DNA of 64,000 nucleotides from Desulfobacterales bacterium (GCA_963674755.2 CAXXVS010000002.1:2144001-2208000), one strand, 5' to 3'. Shown: positions 1 through 10,613, counted from the first letter of the stretch. Notes: generated by a model from the letters alone, not told the origin. Made by a program: numbers and translations.

Positions 1-306
1 ACAGGGGTTCCCCTGGATATCTTCACCCAGGCCGAAAACCATTCACGGGAAGACTATGAAGCCATTGTTCAGGAGAGCAACCTGAAGGAAGAATTTGAGC
101 GGCTCCAGCAACGCTGGACCTTTTTTGAGGAAGGCACCTTCGAGAGCAATCTCTATCAAGTGCCGCACGACGCCCTTGTCATCTTAGGGGCGTGCGGTCA
201 CGGCCTGATTCGCGACCTCGTCTTTGGCAGCAAGATGGAAGAAATCCAATCCACGATCCCCAATAATCTCCTCATCGTGGGACCGTATTACACGGCCGGA
301 CTTTAA
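1..306 (+). CDS. Universal stress protein family, 3' part (runs off window start)
   Basis: Frame 1 is open from base 1 to TAA at 304-306. It ends ...LVILGACGHGLIRDLVFGSKMEEIQSTIPNNLLIVGP, matching the USP C-terminal motif. Not in the ORF track. Confidence 0.7.
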   Translation, partial: TGVPLDIFTQAENHSREDYEAIVQESNLKEEFERLQQRWTFFEEGTFESNLYQVPHDALVILGACGHGLIRDLVFGSKMEEIQSTIPNNLLIVGPYYTAGL

Positions 307-446
307 TCAGGACAACAGAATTAGTCATCGCTTGCCCGCCCGGGGGAGATATTGGGCGGACTTTAGCGCGCCTCCAGGTGGATGCGCTGTGTGTGATGAT
401 GGCAACGGCGATGATTTGGTTTCCCCAGGAAAACCGGGCGCCTCGA

Positions 447-893
447 TCACCCTTTTTCCGGTTTCTCAGATGGGGTGGGGACGCATCGTGCCTTCCGACG
501 CGCTTTGATATGGCGTTCTACCGTGCGTTGAATGACCGTATCGGGGAGGTTCGTGTGGATCCCGGGGCATGACGCCCCCATGATGCGCCAGTTGGCGGCA
601 TCTTTCAGCACGGCGTCGATAAAAGGCCAATTGCGGCACATGCGCGGCTTGACCGGGTGTATGCGGCAAATCTGATCCCAAAAGATGCAATAACCGTTGT
701 CAGCTTGGGCGATGACATAGCGCGCCCCGGACCGTCGGCAGTAACGGTCCTTGAAATCGGCCGGGTCAATTTTGAGATAGGCGGCAATGGCCCGGATATC
801 GGATGCCGATACATAAGTCCCGCCGTACCCACGGCAGCAATCACCACACATGCGGCATTCGAACAGCGCGTCCGATGTGGGTTCAGAAGGCAT
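447..893 (-). CDS. YkgJ-family cysteine cluster (Fe-S/Zn) protein
   Basis: CRMCGDCC...YCIFW..ICRIHPVKPRMCRNWPF pattern. Start placed at the ATG at 893, overlapping the recR end. Confidence 0.85.
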   Translation of the reverse strand: MPSEPTSDALFECRMCGDCCRGYGGTYVSASDIRAIAAYLKIDPADFKDRYCRRSGARYVIAQADNGYCIFWDQICRIHPVKPRMCRNWPFIDAVLKDAANWRIMGASCPGIHTNLPDTVIQRTVERHIKARRKARCVPTPSEKPEKG

Positions 894-1482
894 GGCGGGT
901 TTCCAAGGCCCGTTTGAGCGTGACCTGATCGACATATTTCAGATCCCCCCCCATGGGCACGCCCGAGGCAATGCGGGTCACCTTGACCGGCAGGGATTGG
1001 AGCTGTTCGGCCAAATAGGCGGCCGTGGCCTCCCCTTCCACGCTGGTGCTCGTGGCGATGACGACCTCCTGCAACGCTTCTTCAGGCACCCGGCGGAGGA
1101 GGTCCGCAATCCGGATATCGTCCGGACCGATGCCGTTCATGGGCGACAGCACGCCTCCCAAAATATGATAAACCCCCTGGAAGGCACCGGATTTCTCCAC
1201 GGCAACCATATCCGCCGGGTGCTCCACGATGCAAAGCTGCGCCCGGTTGCGGGACATGTCCTGGCAGATGTGGCAAACTGCTTCATCGCTCCAAGCGTGG
1301 CAGCGCGAGCAGGAGCGGGTGCGGTCCTTGACGTCGATGATGCTCTGGGCAAGCTGTTCCGCATTGCGGGCCGGCGTTTTTAAAATATGCAGGGCCAAGC
1401 GCTCGGCCGTTTTCTCACCAATGCCGGGGAGTTTCGTAATTTGACGGATCAGATTACGGATCGATGCGGGATAATAGTTCAT
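883..1482 (-). CDS. recR: Recombination mediator RecR
   Basis: LPGIGEKTAERLA HhH, C4 zinc finger, TOPRIM (EGEATA, TRIASGVPMGGDL); in dnaX-ybaB-recR order. Confidence 0.98.
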   Translation of the reverse strand: MNYYPASIRNLIRQITKLPGIGEKTAERLALHILKTPARNAEQLAQSIIDVKDRTRSCSRCHAWSDEAVCHICQDMSRNRAQLCIVEHPADMVAVEKSGAFQGVYHILGGVLSPMNGIGPDDIRIADLLRRVPEEALQEVVIATSTSVEGEATAAYLAEQLQSLPVKVTRIASGVPMGGDLKYVDQVTLKRALETRHAF

Positions 1483-1537
1483 GAGCCACCTTATAGCCGG
1501 GCATCCATCAAATCACGGGGTTGCCCGGCCGATCGTT

Positions 1538-1849
1538 TCAGAACAAGCCGGGGATATTCATGCCCCCGGTAAGCTTGCCCATTTCTGAAGCCACCATTTC
1601 CTGGGATTTGCTCAGGGCGTCATTGACGGCGGCGCAAACCAGATCCTGCAGCATATCCACATCTTCCGGATCGACCACTTCCTTTTCGATGGCGATGCTC
1701 AGCACCTGCTGCCGCCCGTTGGCGACAACCTTGACCATCCCGCCTCCGGCCGTCCCCTCGACCGTCCGATCCGCGAGTTCTTCCTGCATCTTGGCCATCT
1801 TGGCCTGAAGCTTCTGCGCCTGCTTCATCATATTGCCCATGCCCTTCAT
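1538..1849 (-). CDS. ybaB: YbaB/EbfC nucleoid-associated protein
   Basis: MMKQAQKLQ...[10 protein letters not shown]...DMLQDLV; synteny with dnaX and recR. Confidence 0.96.
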   Translation of the reverse strand: MKGMGNMMKQAQKLQAKMAKMQEELADRTVEGTAGGGMVKVVANGRQQVLSIAIEKEVVDPEDVDMLQDLVCAAVNDALSKSQEMVASEMGKLTGGMNIPGLF

Positions 1850-1950
1850 GGCAGTTCCTCCTTGTCCAATGCGTACCAGGGCGCACCGTTGACGTTCAAC
1901 TCGCTTCTGGCAAGCTTTGTCCGCCCGCCCCGATTGATTCCAACGCGCAA

Positions 1951-3648
1951 TTAGGCCGGTCCTTCTTCCTTCGATGGGGGCCGAACCTTAATATCCATGA
2001 CTTTACCCTGAAAAAGGTCGACCACCTCGGACACCATGGGATGGCTCAGGGCCTGGTTTCTGAGTTGCTCTTCATGGCGTTTTTTTTTTTGTTTGGCAGC
2101 CGGATCATCCGAAACCCCGCGGATTACAACCTCCGGTGAATGCCCGCACAGATCCTGAACCGCATCGCGAATGGCCTGGATGCTTTCCGGCCGTTTCACA
2201 CGGTTGATGGTGAATTCATTGCCCTTGACCTCAATCTCAAAGCCGCGCTCGCCCGAATCCGCCAAAAAAGACTGCTGGAGGCTGGCCGCCAGAGCCGGCA
2301 GGCGCTTTCCAATTAAGGCCACGATGCGCGCCCAGGCCGCTTGGCGCTCGGTAGCGGTGGCCGGCAGTGCCATGGTGCCATGGTCGGCATCCGCTTGGGC
2401 AGGGGGTGCTTCGCCGGATTCGGTTGAACGGGTCCGGGAAGCCGGAGCAGGTTGATCCGGTGATATCGGCATCTGCGCCAACACGGCCTCCCTGCCGCCC
2501 TGGGCAATGGCCTGGCGCAACGCTTCCACCCGACCGATCAGTTCATCCATCGGAAGGGCCGGCTTAAGCTGGCAGATCTGCATCAGCACCATCTCAAGCG
2601 CCAGCCGGGGCTGGGCCGCCAAGCGTACCATCGCCTCTTCCCGGTAGAGCATCTTAAAAACCTGATTTAAAGCGCCGGCCGAATGCTGCCGCGCCTGCTC
2701 GGCCAGCATTTGAATCTCACTTTCAGGCAGATCGATCAGCGGCATCCCAGGGTCGCCCACCTTGATGACGACCAGGTTCCGCACGTGCGTCAGCAAATCC
2801 AGGTATAATTTCTTGAGATCCTGGCCACGTCCGTGGATCCCTTCGATGGCCATGAGGACCCGGGCAACATCAGCCTCCAAAACCGCGTCCGCCAGGTCTG
2901 TTAGGGACCGTCTGTCCATTACCCCCAGAATATTGAGAACCTGGTCATGGGAAACAGGGCCTTCCGAACAGGTCATCACCTGATCGAGCAGGCTCAGCGC
3001 ATCCCGCATGCTGCCGCCGGCTTCGCGCGCCACCAAGGCCAGGCTCTCTGCCGGAATGGCGATGTTCTCGCGGTCGCACAAATCGGCCATATGACGCGTC
3101 AGACTTTCGAAATGAATCCGCCGTAAATCATAGCGCTGGCAGCGGGAAAGAATGGTCACCGGTATCTTGTGGGGCTCGGTCGTGGCGAACATGAACATGA
3201 TGTGGGCCGGCGGTTCTTCAAGGGTCTTCAGCAAGGCATTGAAAGCCGCCGGGCTCAGCATGTGCACTTCGTCGATGATATAAATTTTAAAAGGGCTGTA
3301 AGCCGGCATGTATTTGATGTTTTCACGCAGCTCGCGCACCTGGTCGACGCTGTTGTTGGAGGCGCCGTCAATCTCGAAAACATCCGCCGCACTGCCGCTT
3401 GTAATCTCTTTGCAGGACCGGCACGTATTGCAGGGATGGGAGGTAGGGCCCTGCTGGCAGTTCATGGCCTTGGCCAGGATGCGGGCAACAGTTGTTTTGC
3501 CGGTTCCGCGCGGCCCGGCAAACAGGATCGCATGGGCCACCCGACCGTGCTGGATGGCATTCGTCAGGGTACGGGTGACATGCGTTTGTTCGACGACCTC
3601 CTCAAAGGTCTGTGGTCGGTATTTGCGTGCCAGAACGAGGTATGCCAT
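1951..3648 (-). CDS. dnaX: DNA polymerase III subunit gamma/tau
   Basis: [15 protein letters not shown] start, GPRGTGKT Walker [26 protein letters not shown]. Confidence 0.98.
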   Translation of the reverse strand: MAYLVLARKYRPQTFEEVVEQTHVTRTLTNAIQHGRVAHAILFAGPRGTGKTTVARILAKAMNCQQGPTSHPCNTCRSCKEITSGSAADVFEIDGASNNSVDQVRELRENIKYMPAYSPFKIYIIDEVHMLSPAAFNALLKTLEEPPAHIMFMFATTEPHKIPVTILSRCQRYDLRRIHFESLTRHMADLCDRENIAIPAESLALVAREAGGSMRDALSLLDQVMTCSEGPVSHDQVLNILGVMDRRSLTDLADAVLEADVARVLMAIEGIHGRGQDLKKLYLDLLTHVRNLVVIKVGDPGMPLIDLPESEIQMLAEQARQHSAGALNQVFKMLYREEAMVRLAAQPRLALEMVLMQICQLKPALPMDELIGRVEALRQAIAQGGREAVLAQMPISPDQPAPASRTRSTESGEAPPAQADADHGTMALPATATERQAAWARIVALIGKRLPALAASLQQSFLADSGERGFEIEVKGNEFTINRVKRPESIQAIRDAVQDLCGHSPEVVIRGVSDDPAAKQKKKRHEEQLRNQALSHPMVSEVVDLFQGKVMDIKVRPPSKEEGPA

Positions 3649-3852
3649 GGCCTCATCATACGGGGTGCAAGGGGTTTGGGTAATTTTCGGCGCTGCCGCG
3701 TCAATAGACCGGATGGATAGCGACATCAGTGCGGCGTAACATAATGAAAGCGGCGGCAAACGGCAAGGGAAAAAATGGTCGGGTGCCGTCAGCCTCGGCT
3801 GGTGTCAGGAATGATCGTGCCCGTCGTCAACGGATGGGAGAAGAAAAGAAAA

Positions 3853-3946
3853 TGGCGGAGAGAGAGGGATTCGAACCCTCGGTGCCGCTATTAACAGCAC
3901 ACACGATTTCCAGTCGTGCTCCTTCAGCCAACTCGGACATCTCTCC
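3853..3946 (-). tRNA. tRNA-Ser(GGA)
   Basis: GGAGAGA acceptor, anticodon arm CACGA-CTGGAAA-TCGTG, long variable arm, GGTTCGAATCC, encoded CCA. Confidence 0.96.
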
Positions 3947-4000
3947 GCATACAGCGCGCATCCATGGCGAAAACGCCATATGACTCGCCCCAAGCGGTGC

Positions 4001-4094
4001 TGGCGGAGAGGGTGGGATTCGAACCCACGATCCCGGTTTTAGCCAGGATACCGCTTTTCGAGAGCGGGGCCTTCAGCCACTCGGCAACCTCTCC
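4001..4094 (-). tRNA. tRNA-Ser(CGA)
   Basis: GGAGAGG acceptor, anticodon arm CCGCT-CTCGAAA-AGCGG, long variable arm, GGTTCGAATCC, CCA. Confidence 0.96.
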
Positions 4095-4333
4095 TTGCCA
4101 TAAATGCAGAGCGTCTCCATATCGCCTTTAAATGATTCTGTCAATGGATTCCCTGCGTAGGGAACCCGATCAGAAAATCAAAAGGCGATCCGTTCTTTTA
4201 CCCTTGAAGGGCTTTGCGGAATCTAGTATCAGATGCCGCCAACAGCAACTTGGCACGTTCATATGGCGGAAATCGCCATCCTTTTCCGCTGCTTCATTTT
4301 GCTCTGGACCACATGGTCGCAAGGAAATTACTA

Positions 4334-5659
4334 ATGGCCCTCATCAAGCCCTTCAGGGGCATACGCTACGACCCGGAACGCGTCGCAGATATGGCAAGCG
4401 TAGTCTGCCCGCCCTACGACGTCATTTCCGAAACCGAACAAGCCGCCTATTATGATCGCAGTCCCTACAATGTCATTCGCATGGAGTTGGGCCAACTGCG
4501 CCCTGAGGATGACGACACCAACAATCGCCATACCCGGGCGGGGACCTACCTGCGCACCTGGCTCAATGAAGGCGTCCTGATCCAGGAGGAAAGGCCGGCC
4601 CTTTATCTGGCGGCCACGAACTTCCAGACCGCAGACGGGGCATGGACCCGTTGGGGGTTGCTGGCCGCTGTCGCGTTAGAACCTTTTGACAAGGGGGGCA
4701 TTCTTCCCCACGAACGCACTTACTCCAAAGTCAAGGCGGAACGCTTGTCATTGCTGCAGTCCTGCCCGGCCAATTTGAGCCCCATATTTTCATTCTTTTC
4801 CGATCAGGCCGCCATGATCCCCAGGTTAAAAACCCATGTCGCGCGACGGTTGCCCGATATTGAATTCACGGATAACGACCAGCAACAGCATCGCCTATGG
4901 GTCATCAGCGATCCGGATCTGCTGGCAAGCACAGTCGCCCAGTTCAGGCACCAGCCCATCTTCATCGCCGACGGGCACCATCGCTATGAAACGGCGCTGG
5001 CCTACCTGAACGAACACCAGGACAAGGGCTTAAACGAAGATCATCCGGCCCGCTATACGCTGATGTATCTGAGCAGCATCCAGGATCCCGGCCTGAAAAT
5101 ACTGCCTGCCCACCGCCTGCTGCCACAGGTCGATGCGGATGTCCGGCAGCAATTTCTTAAAGATATCGAAAGATATTTCGACGTCCAGCCACTGCAATCC
5201 CATGACGCAATGCGGGACAGTGATCGGGAAGCGATGCAAAACCTGGATAACACCGCCCCGGGGGAAGGACTGGTGGTCGCCCTGCGAGACGTCCCCACCC
5301 CGCTCCTGCTCAAACTCAAGGACGGAAAGAAGGAAGGCCTTTACTCCGAGGATCTGCCCGACGTTTTGAAAAACATCGACGTGACGCTGTTGACCGAGTT
5401 CGTATTCCCGACCTTATTGGGGCTCACCCCGGCCCAGTTGGACGACGTGCATAGCATCCATTACCATCATGATACCCGGCTGGCCCTTGAAAAAGTTCGT
5501 ACCGGGCAATACGATATGGCCTTCATCATCAAACCCACACCGATTGCTGCGGTTCAGCGAATTGCCGATGCAGGGCGCACGATGCCACGCAAATCCACTT
5601 ATTTTGCCCCCAAAGTCATCACCGGTCTTGTGATGCATGGTCTCTTTGGCCGGCTCTAA
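4334..5659 (+). CDS. DUF1015 family protein
   Basis: MALIKPFRGIRY..CPPYDVI, ILPHERT, FIADGHHRYETAL, MPRKSTYFAPK. Start at the ATG at 4334 after AAGGA. Confidence 0.9.
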   Translation: MALIKPFRGIRYDPERVADMASVVCPPYDVISETEQAAYYDRSPYNVIRMELGQLRPEDDDTNNRHTRAGTYLRTWLNEGVLIQEERPALYLAATNFQTADGAWTRWGLLAAVALEPFDKGGILPHERTYSKVKAERLSLLQSCPANLSPIFSFFSDQAAMIPRLKTHVARRLPDIEFTDNDQQQHRLWVISDPDLLASTVAQFRHQPIFIADGHHRYETALAYLNEHQDKGLNEDHPARYTLMYLSSIQDPGLKILPAHRLLPQVDADVRQQFLKDIERYFDVQPLQSHDAMRDSDREAMQNLDNTAPGEGLVVALRDVPTPLLLKLKDGKKEGLYSEDLPDVLKNIDVTLLTEFVFPTLLGLTPAQLDDVHSIHYHHDTRLALEKVRTGQYDMAFIIKPTPIAAVQRIADAGRTMPRKSTYFAPKVITGLVMHGLFGRL

Positions 5660-5696
5660 AGGGCCGCTCGCCCGTTGGCATCACTGCCGAAAGGCA

Positions 5697-6437
5697 TTAG
5701 AGCCGCAGCATTGCCGCCACTTCGGCGGTATAGGCACCCGCCTCGTCGTAAATCACCAAGGGCGGTCCGGTCGCCAGCCCCGGGCGAGCGGCTTTGACAA
5801 CCTTCAGCAGGCAGCGTTTGGCTTCGGCATCCCGTCGGGAATGGATCATGCGCAAATATTTGGGCTCCAAATGATGCGCCTGCATGCCGCTCATCAGCTC
5901 GGCCAGCCGCTCTACCGGGTAGACAAGCCAGCCGCGACCGCCGGTTTTCAGAAACCGCCGCATGGTCTTGATCAACCCTTCAAGCGATATTGCAATCTCA
6001 TGACGGGCCAGAGCACGCTGGCTCTGCGGGTTGACGCGGCCCGAATGGGGTTTCCGGTACGGCGGGTTGCTCATCACCATATCCACGGGTGCCCCGATCG
6101 CGTCGGCCCCCAGCCGAAGCATGTCCCCCTCAACGACCGCAATGCGGGACTCAAATCCATTGTCTGCGGCATTGACGCGCGCCAAGGCGGCCAGCTCCGC
6201 TTGGATTTCAACCCCCACAAGGCGGGCATGCGGATAGCGCAACGCCGTAATCAGCGGCAGAATGCCGCAGCCCGTTCCCAGATCCAGAATTCGCTCACCC
6301 GGTTTGTGGGGGACGGCATGGAAGGCCAGGATGGGGGCGTCGATTGAAAAACGATAGCCCGCGCGATTTTGGCGGATGCGCAAATGACCGTCAATAAAGG
6401 AATCGAGGGAGCTCTGTATGGAGAGCGTTTCGCTCAC
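5697..6437 (-). CDS. tRNA1(Val) adenine-37 N6-methyltransferase family (YfiC-like)
   Basis: GYRFSIDA, LDLGTGCG, SNPPY, ALARHE. Confidence 0.88.
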   Translation of the reverse strand: MSETLSIQSSLDSFIDGHLRIRQNRAGYRFSIDAPILAFHAVPHKPGERILDLGTGCGILPLITALRYPHARLVGVEIQAELAALARVNAADNGFESRIAVVEGDMLRLGADAIGAPVDMVMSNPPYRKPHSGRVNPQSQRALARHEIAISLEGLIKTMRRFLKTGGRGWLVYPVERLAELMSGMQAHHLEPKYLRMIHSRRDAEAKRCLLKVVKAARPGLATGPPLVIYDEAGAYTAEVAAMLRL

Positions 6438-6763
6438 TTGACCGTCAGCGGTCCGATTTTAAAACGGATATCGTCGACAACCCTGCCGCCCGCGGCCTCG
6501 TTGAGCCGCTGGATCAATTCTTTTTTCCGGAAATGCAGTTCCTGCAGCCAGACAGAACTGCTGACATGGACAACCAGGACACGTTGTTTGAAGGCCGCCG
6601 GCTGGGCGTTGCACGCCAGATTTTTCCCAACGATGCGGTCCCAGAACGTCCATACGATGCGTGCATTTTGCCCCTCGCCGCCATGGATATTGCGGAGCAC
6701 GGCATCAATGATATCGGCCACCGGTTCGCACTTGGTCTGATTTCTGTTGCGGCTGTCCACCAA
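6434..6763 (-). CDS. DUF721/DciA family protein
   Basis: WDRIVG...VLVVHVSSSVWLQEL...LIQRLN...IRF, the DciA pattern. Confidence 0.82.
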   Translation of the reverse strand: MVDSRNRNQTKCEPVADIIDAVLRNIHGGEGQNARIVWTFWDRIVGKNLACNAQPAAFKQRVLVVHVSSSVWLQELHFRKKELIQRLNEAAGGRVVDDIRFKIGPLTVK

Positions 6764-7144
6764 AGCAGGAATGCCTCCCGAAACGGTTCTCGCCGTTCTT
6801 TAATCGCGTCCCTATCAAGGGATATGTATACTGATCCCCTGTCGCTCCTGTCAAATTGGAATCCCCGACCACACGGTGCATCACAACCGCTCTTCCGCGT
6901 TCGTAAACACCGGTCACCTCCGCGTTGCAACCCCAACAGAGGGCCCCATAATTCTTTTTATCACAAGATGTTGGCGGGTTTTTCCTTGACTTGACTACGG
7001 CCGTAACTTAATTACAGGGGCGATACAAGGGGACGACTTCATTGGATAACAAGCCAGACAAGCGGCAGATCCGCGCCGCATGAACCGCATTCTGAGCGAA
7101 GTCTTGATCATGTTTGCAACAGTTACTTCAATAGGAAGCGTAAT

Positions 7145-8197
7145 ATGACGTGGGATTGGGAAAAATTAAAGGAACAGCAACAGGGACGCCGCGCCGCACC
7201 ACCTCAGGTTGATGAGGTGTTGAAAAACATTAAAAAAATTAAAATCCCCGGCGGGCCGATTCTTTTTCTTCTGCTGTTGGTCATTATCGGTGTGTATACA
7301 TCGATTTATGTCGTCGACACAGACGAGGTAGGAGTTGTACAGCGATTTGGCAAATATGCCAAAACGACTCAGCCAGGCCTCAATTTCAAACTGCCCTTCG
7401 GCATTGAGACGGTCCGGCTTGTCAAAAAGCGCCGCATTCTCAAAGAAGAATTCGGATTCAGTTCCGAGCGGCTCGGGGGGAACCGTCGCTCGGCCCCGAT
7501 CAGCGAAAACAACAGTGAAGCGCTCATGTTAACCGGTGACTTGAATGTCGCCGTTGTTCCCTGGATCGTACAATACCGCATCAATGATCCTTACGACTAT
7601 CTGTTCAAGGTGCAGAACGTAACCCAGCTCCTGCGGGATATGTCGGAAGCCGCCATGCGCTTGGTGGTGGGGGATCGAAGTATCAACGAGGTGATCTCCA
7701 AGCGCAATGAAATTGCCGTTGAAGCGAAAAAGGTCCTGCAGGGCGAGCTCGATAATGCCCAGGCCGGGATCACCGTTGTAACCATCGAAATGAAGCGCAC
7801 GAATGTCCCGGGGCCGGTGCAGCCCTCTTTCAATGAGGTCAACCAGGCGACCCAGGAAAAGGAACAGACGATCTACCAAGCGCGGGAGGCTTATAACAAA
7901 GCCATTCCCGCTGCCCGGGGCGAAGCAGAGCGTGTCATCAAGGCGGCGGAAGGATACGCTCTCGGCCGGGTCAACCGTGCCCAGGGTGATGCTGCCCGGT
8001 TTTCGGCAGTCTACGCTGAGTACGTCAAAGCCAAAGACGTAACCCGTAAACGGATCTATCTGGAAACCCTGAAGGAACTGTTTCCTCGCCTCGGTCCCAA
8101 ATATATTGTCGACGACAATCAACGCAATCTGCTTCCGCTGCTCAATCTCAACCAGAAAACGCTGAAGAATTCCATAGGTGCTGGCAATGAACAATAA
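7145..8197 (+). CDS. hflK: FtsH protease modulator HflK
   Basis: TM plus SPFH domain, MLTGDLNV, VQPSFNEVNQA, IPAARGEA, VTRKRIYLETL. Confidence 0.95.
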   Translation: MTWDWEKLKEQQQGRRAAPPQVDEVLKNIKKIKIPGGPILFLLLLVIIGVYTSIYVVDTDEVGVVQRFGKYAKTTQPGLNFKLPFGIETVRLVKKRRILKEEFGFSSERLGGNRRSAPISENNSEALMLTGDLNVAVVPWIVQYRINDPYDYLFKVQNVTQLLRDMSEAAMRLVVGDRSINEVISKRNEIAVEAKKVLQGELDNAQAGITVVTIEMKRTNVPGPVQPSFNEVNQATQEKEQTIYQAREAYNKAIPAARGEAERVIKAAEGYALGRVNRAQGDAARFSAVYAEYVKAKDVTRKRIYLETLKELFPRLGPKYIVDDNQRNLLPLLNLNQKTLKNSIGAGNEQ

Positions 8198-9143
8198 GCT
8201 CGTATATCTCCTTGTGGCGGTCTTTATCGCCGTGGCCGTGCTTTACAGTGCGGCTTTCGTCGTCGACGAAACCGAACAGGTCGTCGTAACACGATTTGGT
8301 AAAATCATCGGGGATCCGATCACGGATCCAGGCCTTAATTTTAAGCTGCCGATTTTTGATAAAGTGAATAAATACCCTAAGAACCTGCTGTTTTGGGATG
8401 GCGACCCGGGACAGATTCCAACACTTGAGAAAACCTACATTTGGGTAGACGCCTTTGCCCGCTGGCGCATTACGGATCCGATCAAATTCAAACAAACCGT
8501 CGATACGGTATCCAATGCCCAAAGCCGCCTCGATGAAATTATCGACCCGGCCGTGCGCAATGCCGTTACCAGCTACCGCCTGATTGAAACCGTTCGCAAA
8601 AGTAATCGCGAATTGGATACCTATGAGGTAGGCATCGAGAAGGACGATACCGAGAACCAACGCCAGCCTAGCCGGATCACAACCGGCCGCAAGAATATTA
8701 TGCTGGGGATCCTGCAGGAAGCGCAGCCTAAGTTGGACAAATTCGGAATCGAAGTGGTGGATGTCAAGATAAAACGCATAAACTACGTCGATCAGGTGCG
8801 CAAATCCGTTTACGACCGGATGATTGCCGAACGCAAGCAAATCGCGGAAAAATTTCGCTCCGAAGGTATTGGGGAAGCGCGTAAAATAGAAGGGAACAAA
8901 GAGAGGGATCTGAAACGGATTCAATCGGAGGCCTACCGTACCGCCGAAGAAATCAAAGGCAAAGCGGACGCCAAAGCAACCGATATTTATGCCAAGTCGT
9001 TCGGCGTCGATCCCGACTTTTACACCTTCCTTAAAACGATGGAAGTCTATCGGGATACGCTGGGCAAGGACAGCACGCTGGTGCTCTCAACCGATTCCGA
9101 TTTTTTGGGCTACCTGAAAAATCTTTCCAAGGCCGGTCGCTGA
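8187..9143 (+). CDS. hflC: FtsH protease modulator HflC
   Basis: FVVDETEQVVVTRFG, ARWRITDP, VYDRMIAERKQIAEKFRSEG, DPDFYTFLKT; overlaps the hflK end. Confidence 0.95.
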   Translation: MNNKLVYLLVAVFIAVAVLYSAAFVVDETEQVVVTRFGKIIGDPITDPGLNFKLPIFDKVNKYPKNLLFWDGDPGQIPTLEKTYIWVDAFARWRITDPIKFKQTVDTVSNAQSRLDEIIDPAVRNAVTSYRLIETVRKSNRELDTYEVGIEKDDTENQRQPSRITTGRKNIMLGILQEAQPKLDKFGIEVVDVKIKRINYVDQVRKSVYDRMIAERKQIAEKFRSEGIGEARKIEGNKERDLKRIQSEAYRTAEEIKGKADAKATDIYAKSFGVDPDFYTFLKTMEVYRDTLGKDSTLVLSTDSDFLGYLKNLSKAGR

Positions 9144-9152
9144 CGAGGTACA

Positions 9153-9204
9153 AAAGGCGAAAGCCCCCTGCCTTGCGCCGTAACACAGGGGCTTTCGCCT
9201 ATAA
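9153..9204. terminator. Hairpin between convergent hflC and bS22-like genes, probably bidirectional
   Basis: AGGCGAAAGCCCC...GGGGCTTTCGCCT inverted repeat. Confidence 0.7.
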
Positions 9205-9226
9205 ACCGAAATCGGATTGGGTCGGG

Positions 9227-9325
9227 CTATTTGCCCTTACGTCTTTGATGACGCGTCCGGGCCAATAATTTTCGGTGCTTGTGCTTTCTCATTTTCTTAC
9301 GGCGTTTCTTGATGACGCTACCCAA
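9227..9325 (-). CDS. bS22 / AURKAIP1-COX24-domain small basic protein (32 aa)
   Basis: TTG start after GGGGGTG; encodes MGSVIKKRRKKMRKHKHRKLLARTRHQRRKGK*. Too short for the ORF track. Confidence 0.88.
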   Translation of the reverse strand: MGSVIKKRRKKMRKHKHRKLLARTRHQRRKGK

Positions 9326-9565
9326 AGGATCACCCCCCTTTCAAATGTCACTTTATAAAAAGTGTTCTATATCATTAACTAAAAAATGGTGTCCAGCTTT
9401 TTTTGTCTGAAGGCCGCTCGTGGGCCTTATGCGCTATCTCCTTTTCTATCAAATAGTTATACATTCTATACGTTGTTATCCGGTCTGCCGCGTGCTAATA
9501 TGGAACTGAATTCAAGCCCCAGCGAATCATTTGATCAGGCAACTTTCGCATAAAGCAATTGAATA

Positions 9566-10105
9566 ATGAGCGCTCACCGTTTCCGCTCCGATCAGATCGT
9601 GCACATCAATGATGCCGTGGCCATGGCCGAGGAACTGGTCAGCAACCATTACAAACTTTCGGCGACTCAATGGTTGCGTCGCAAATATGACGTTAAAACC
9701 GCCATCGATCTTTCAGCGAATGAAATTATCTCCGGACCTTTCGCCCAAGTCATCCGCTACGAGGGGCGAAAAGCCGATGCCGATCTTAAGTCAGAGACAT
9801 TCGACTTTTATAAAATTTGTCTGCAAGATCATGAAATCATCCAGGCACTTGAGCATGCGCCGTCCCTGTTGCTGTTCCCTTTCAGCCTGTACATTATTAC
9901 GCATGAGCTGATTCATATCGTCCGGTTCACCAAATTTCTGCAAAGTTTTGTGGCCACCGCCGATGAGAGACTTGCCGAGGAAATCCGTGTCCATGCCAAA
10001 ACGCATGAAATCCTTAAGCCTGTTCGTATTCCAGGCATGCGCTCCGTTTTTACATTTTACGCCCAATGGCGCAATGACTTCGACAGCCTCTGCAATCCCA
10101 CCTGA
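9566..10105 (+). CDS. Hypothetical protein with HExxH zinc-binding motif
   Basis: 179-aa ORF with ITHELIH and a downstream EE. Confidence 0.7.
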   Translation: MSAHRFRSDQIVHINDAVAMAEELVSNHYKLSATQWLRRKYDVKTAIDLSANEIISGPFAQVIRYEGRKADADLKSETFDFYKICLQDHEIIQALEHAPSLLLFPFSLYIITHELIHIVRFTKFLQSFVATADERLAEEIRVHAKTHEILKPVRIPGMRSVFTFYAQWRNDFDSLCNPT

Positions 10106-10331
10106 CAACGTCCTTTGCGATCATTATCCCTATACGATCGTGGCCGCGCCCCGATCCCTACGGGGGCGGGTTTCCACAAGCCTCTCCCAAAATAGGCGTT
10201 TGGTGCACCCAATTCGCACTACGGCCCCTTGACAAAAACATTTTCTTGACTATTTTTTAACAGTTTTACGCAGGCGGGACGCTAAACGACAGACAGAACA
10301 TGCTCGAAAATTGTTGACGGAGGTTTCAAAC

Positions 10332-10613
10332 ATGCCCTTATACGAGTATGAATGCAGCAAATGTGGCCGGGTGGAAGAGATACTGCAAAAGTTCTCGGAT
10401 AAGCCACTCACCAAGTGCCGGCATTGTTCGGGGAGCCTTCACAAACTTATTTCCAACAGTAGCTTCCATCTAAAGGGATCGGGCTGGTATGTAACCGACT
10501 ACGCTAAAAAATCAACCGGCGATACATCCCCTGGGGGAAAAGACAAACAATCCAAATCAGCTGACGCGAAGCCCACATCCGGGAACTCAACATCTGGCAG
10601 TCCTGCCGATTAG
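10332..10613 (+). CDS. FmdB-family zinc ribbon protein
   Basis: MPLYEYECSKC...CRHC...FHLKGSGWYVTDY; GGAGG RBS. Confidence 0.9.
   Translation: MPLYEYECSKCGRVEEILQKFSDKPLTKCRHCSGSLHKLISNSSFHLKGSGWYVTDYAKKSTGDTSPGGKDKQSKSADAKPTSGNSTSGSPAD

Noticed and set aside
3650..3852. SRP RNA (ffs), often found between tRNA-Ser and dnaX
   Set aside because: The conserved CAGG..GGAA..AGCAG core was not found on either strand.
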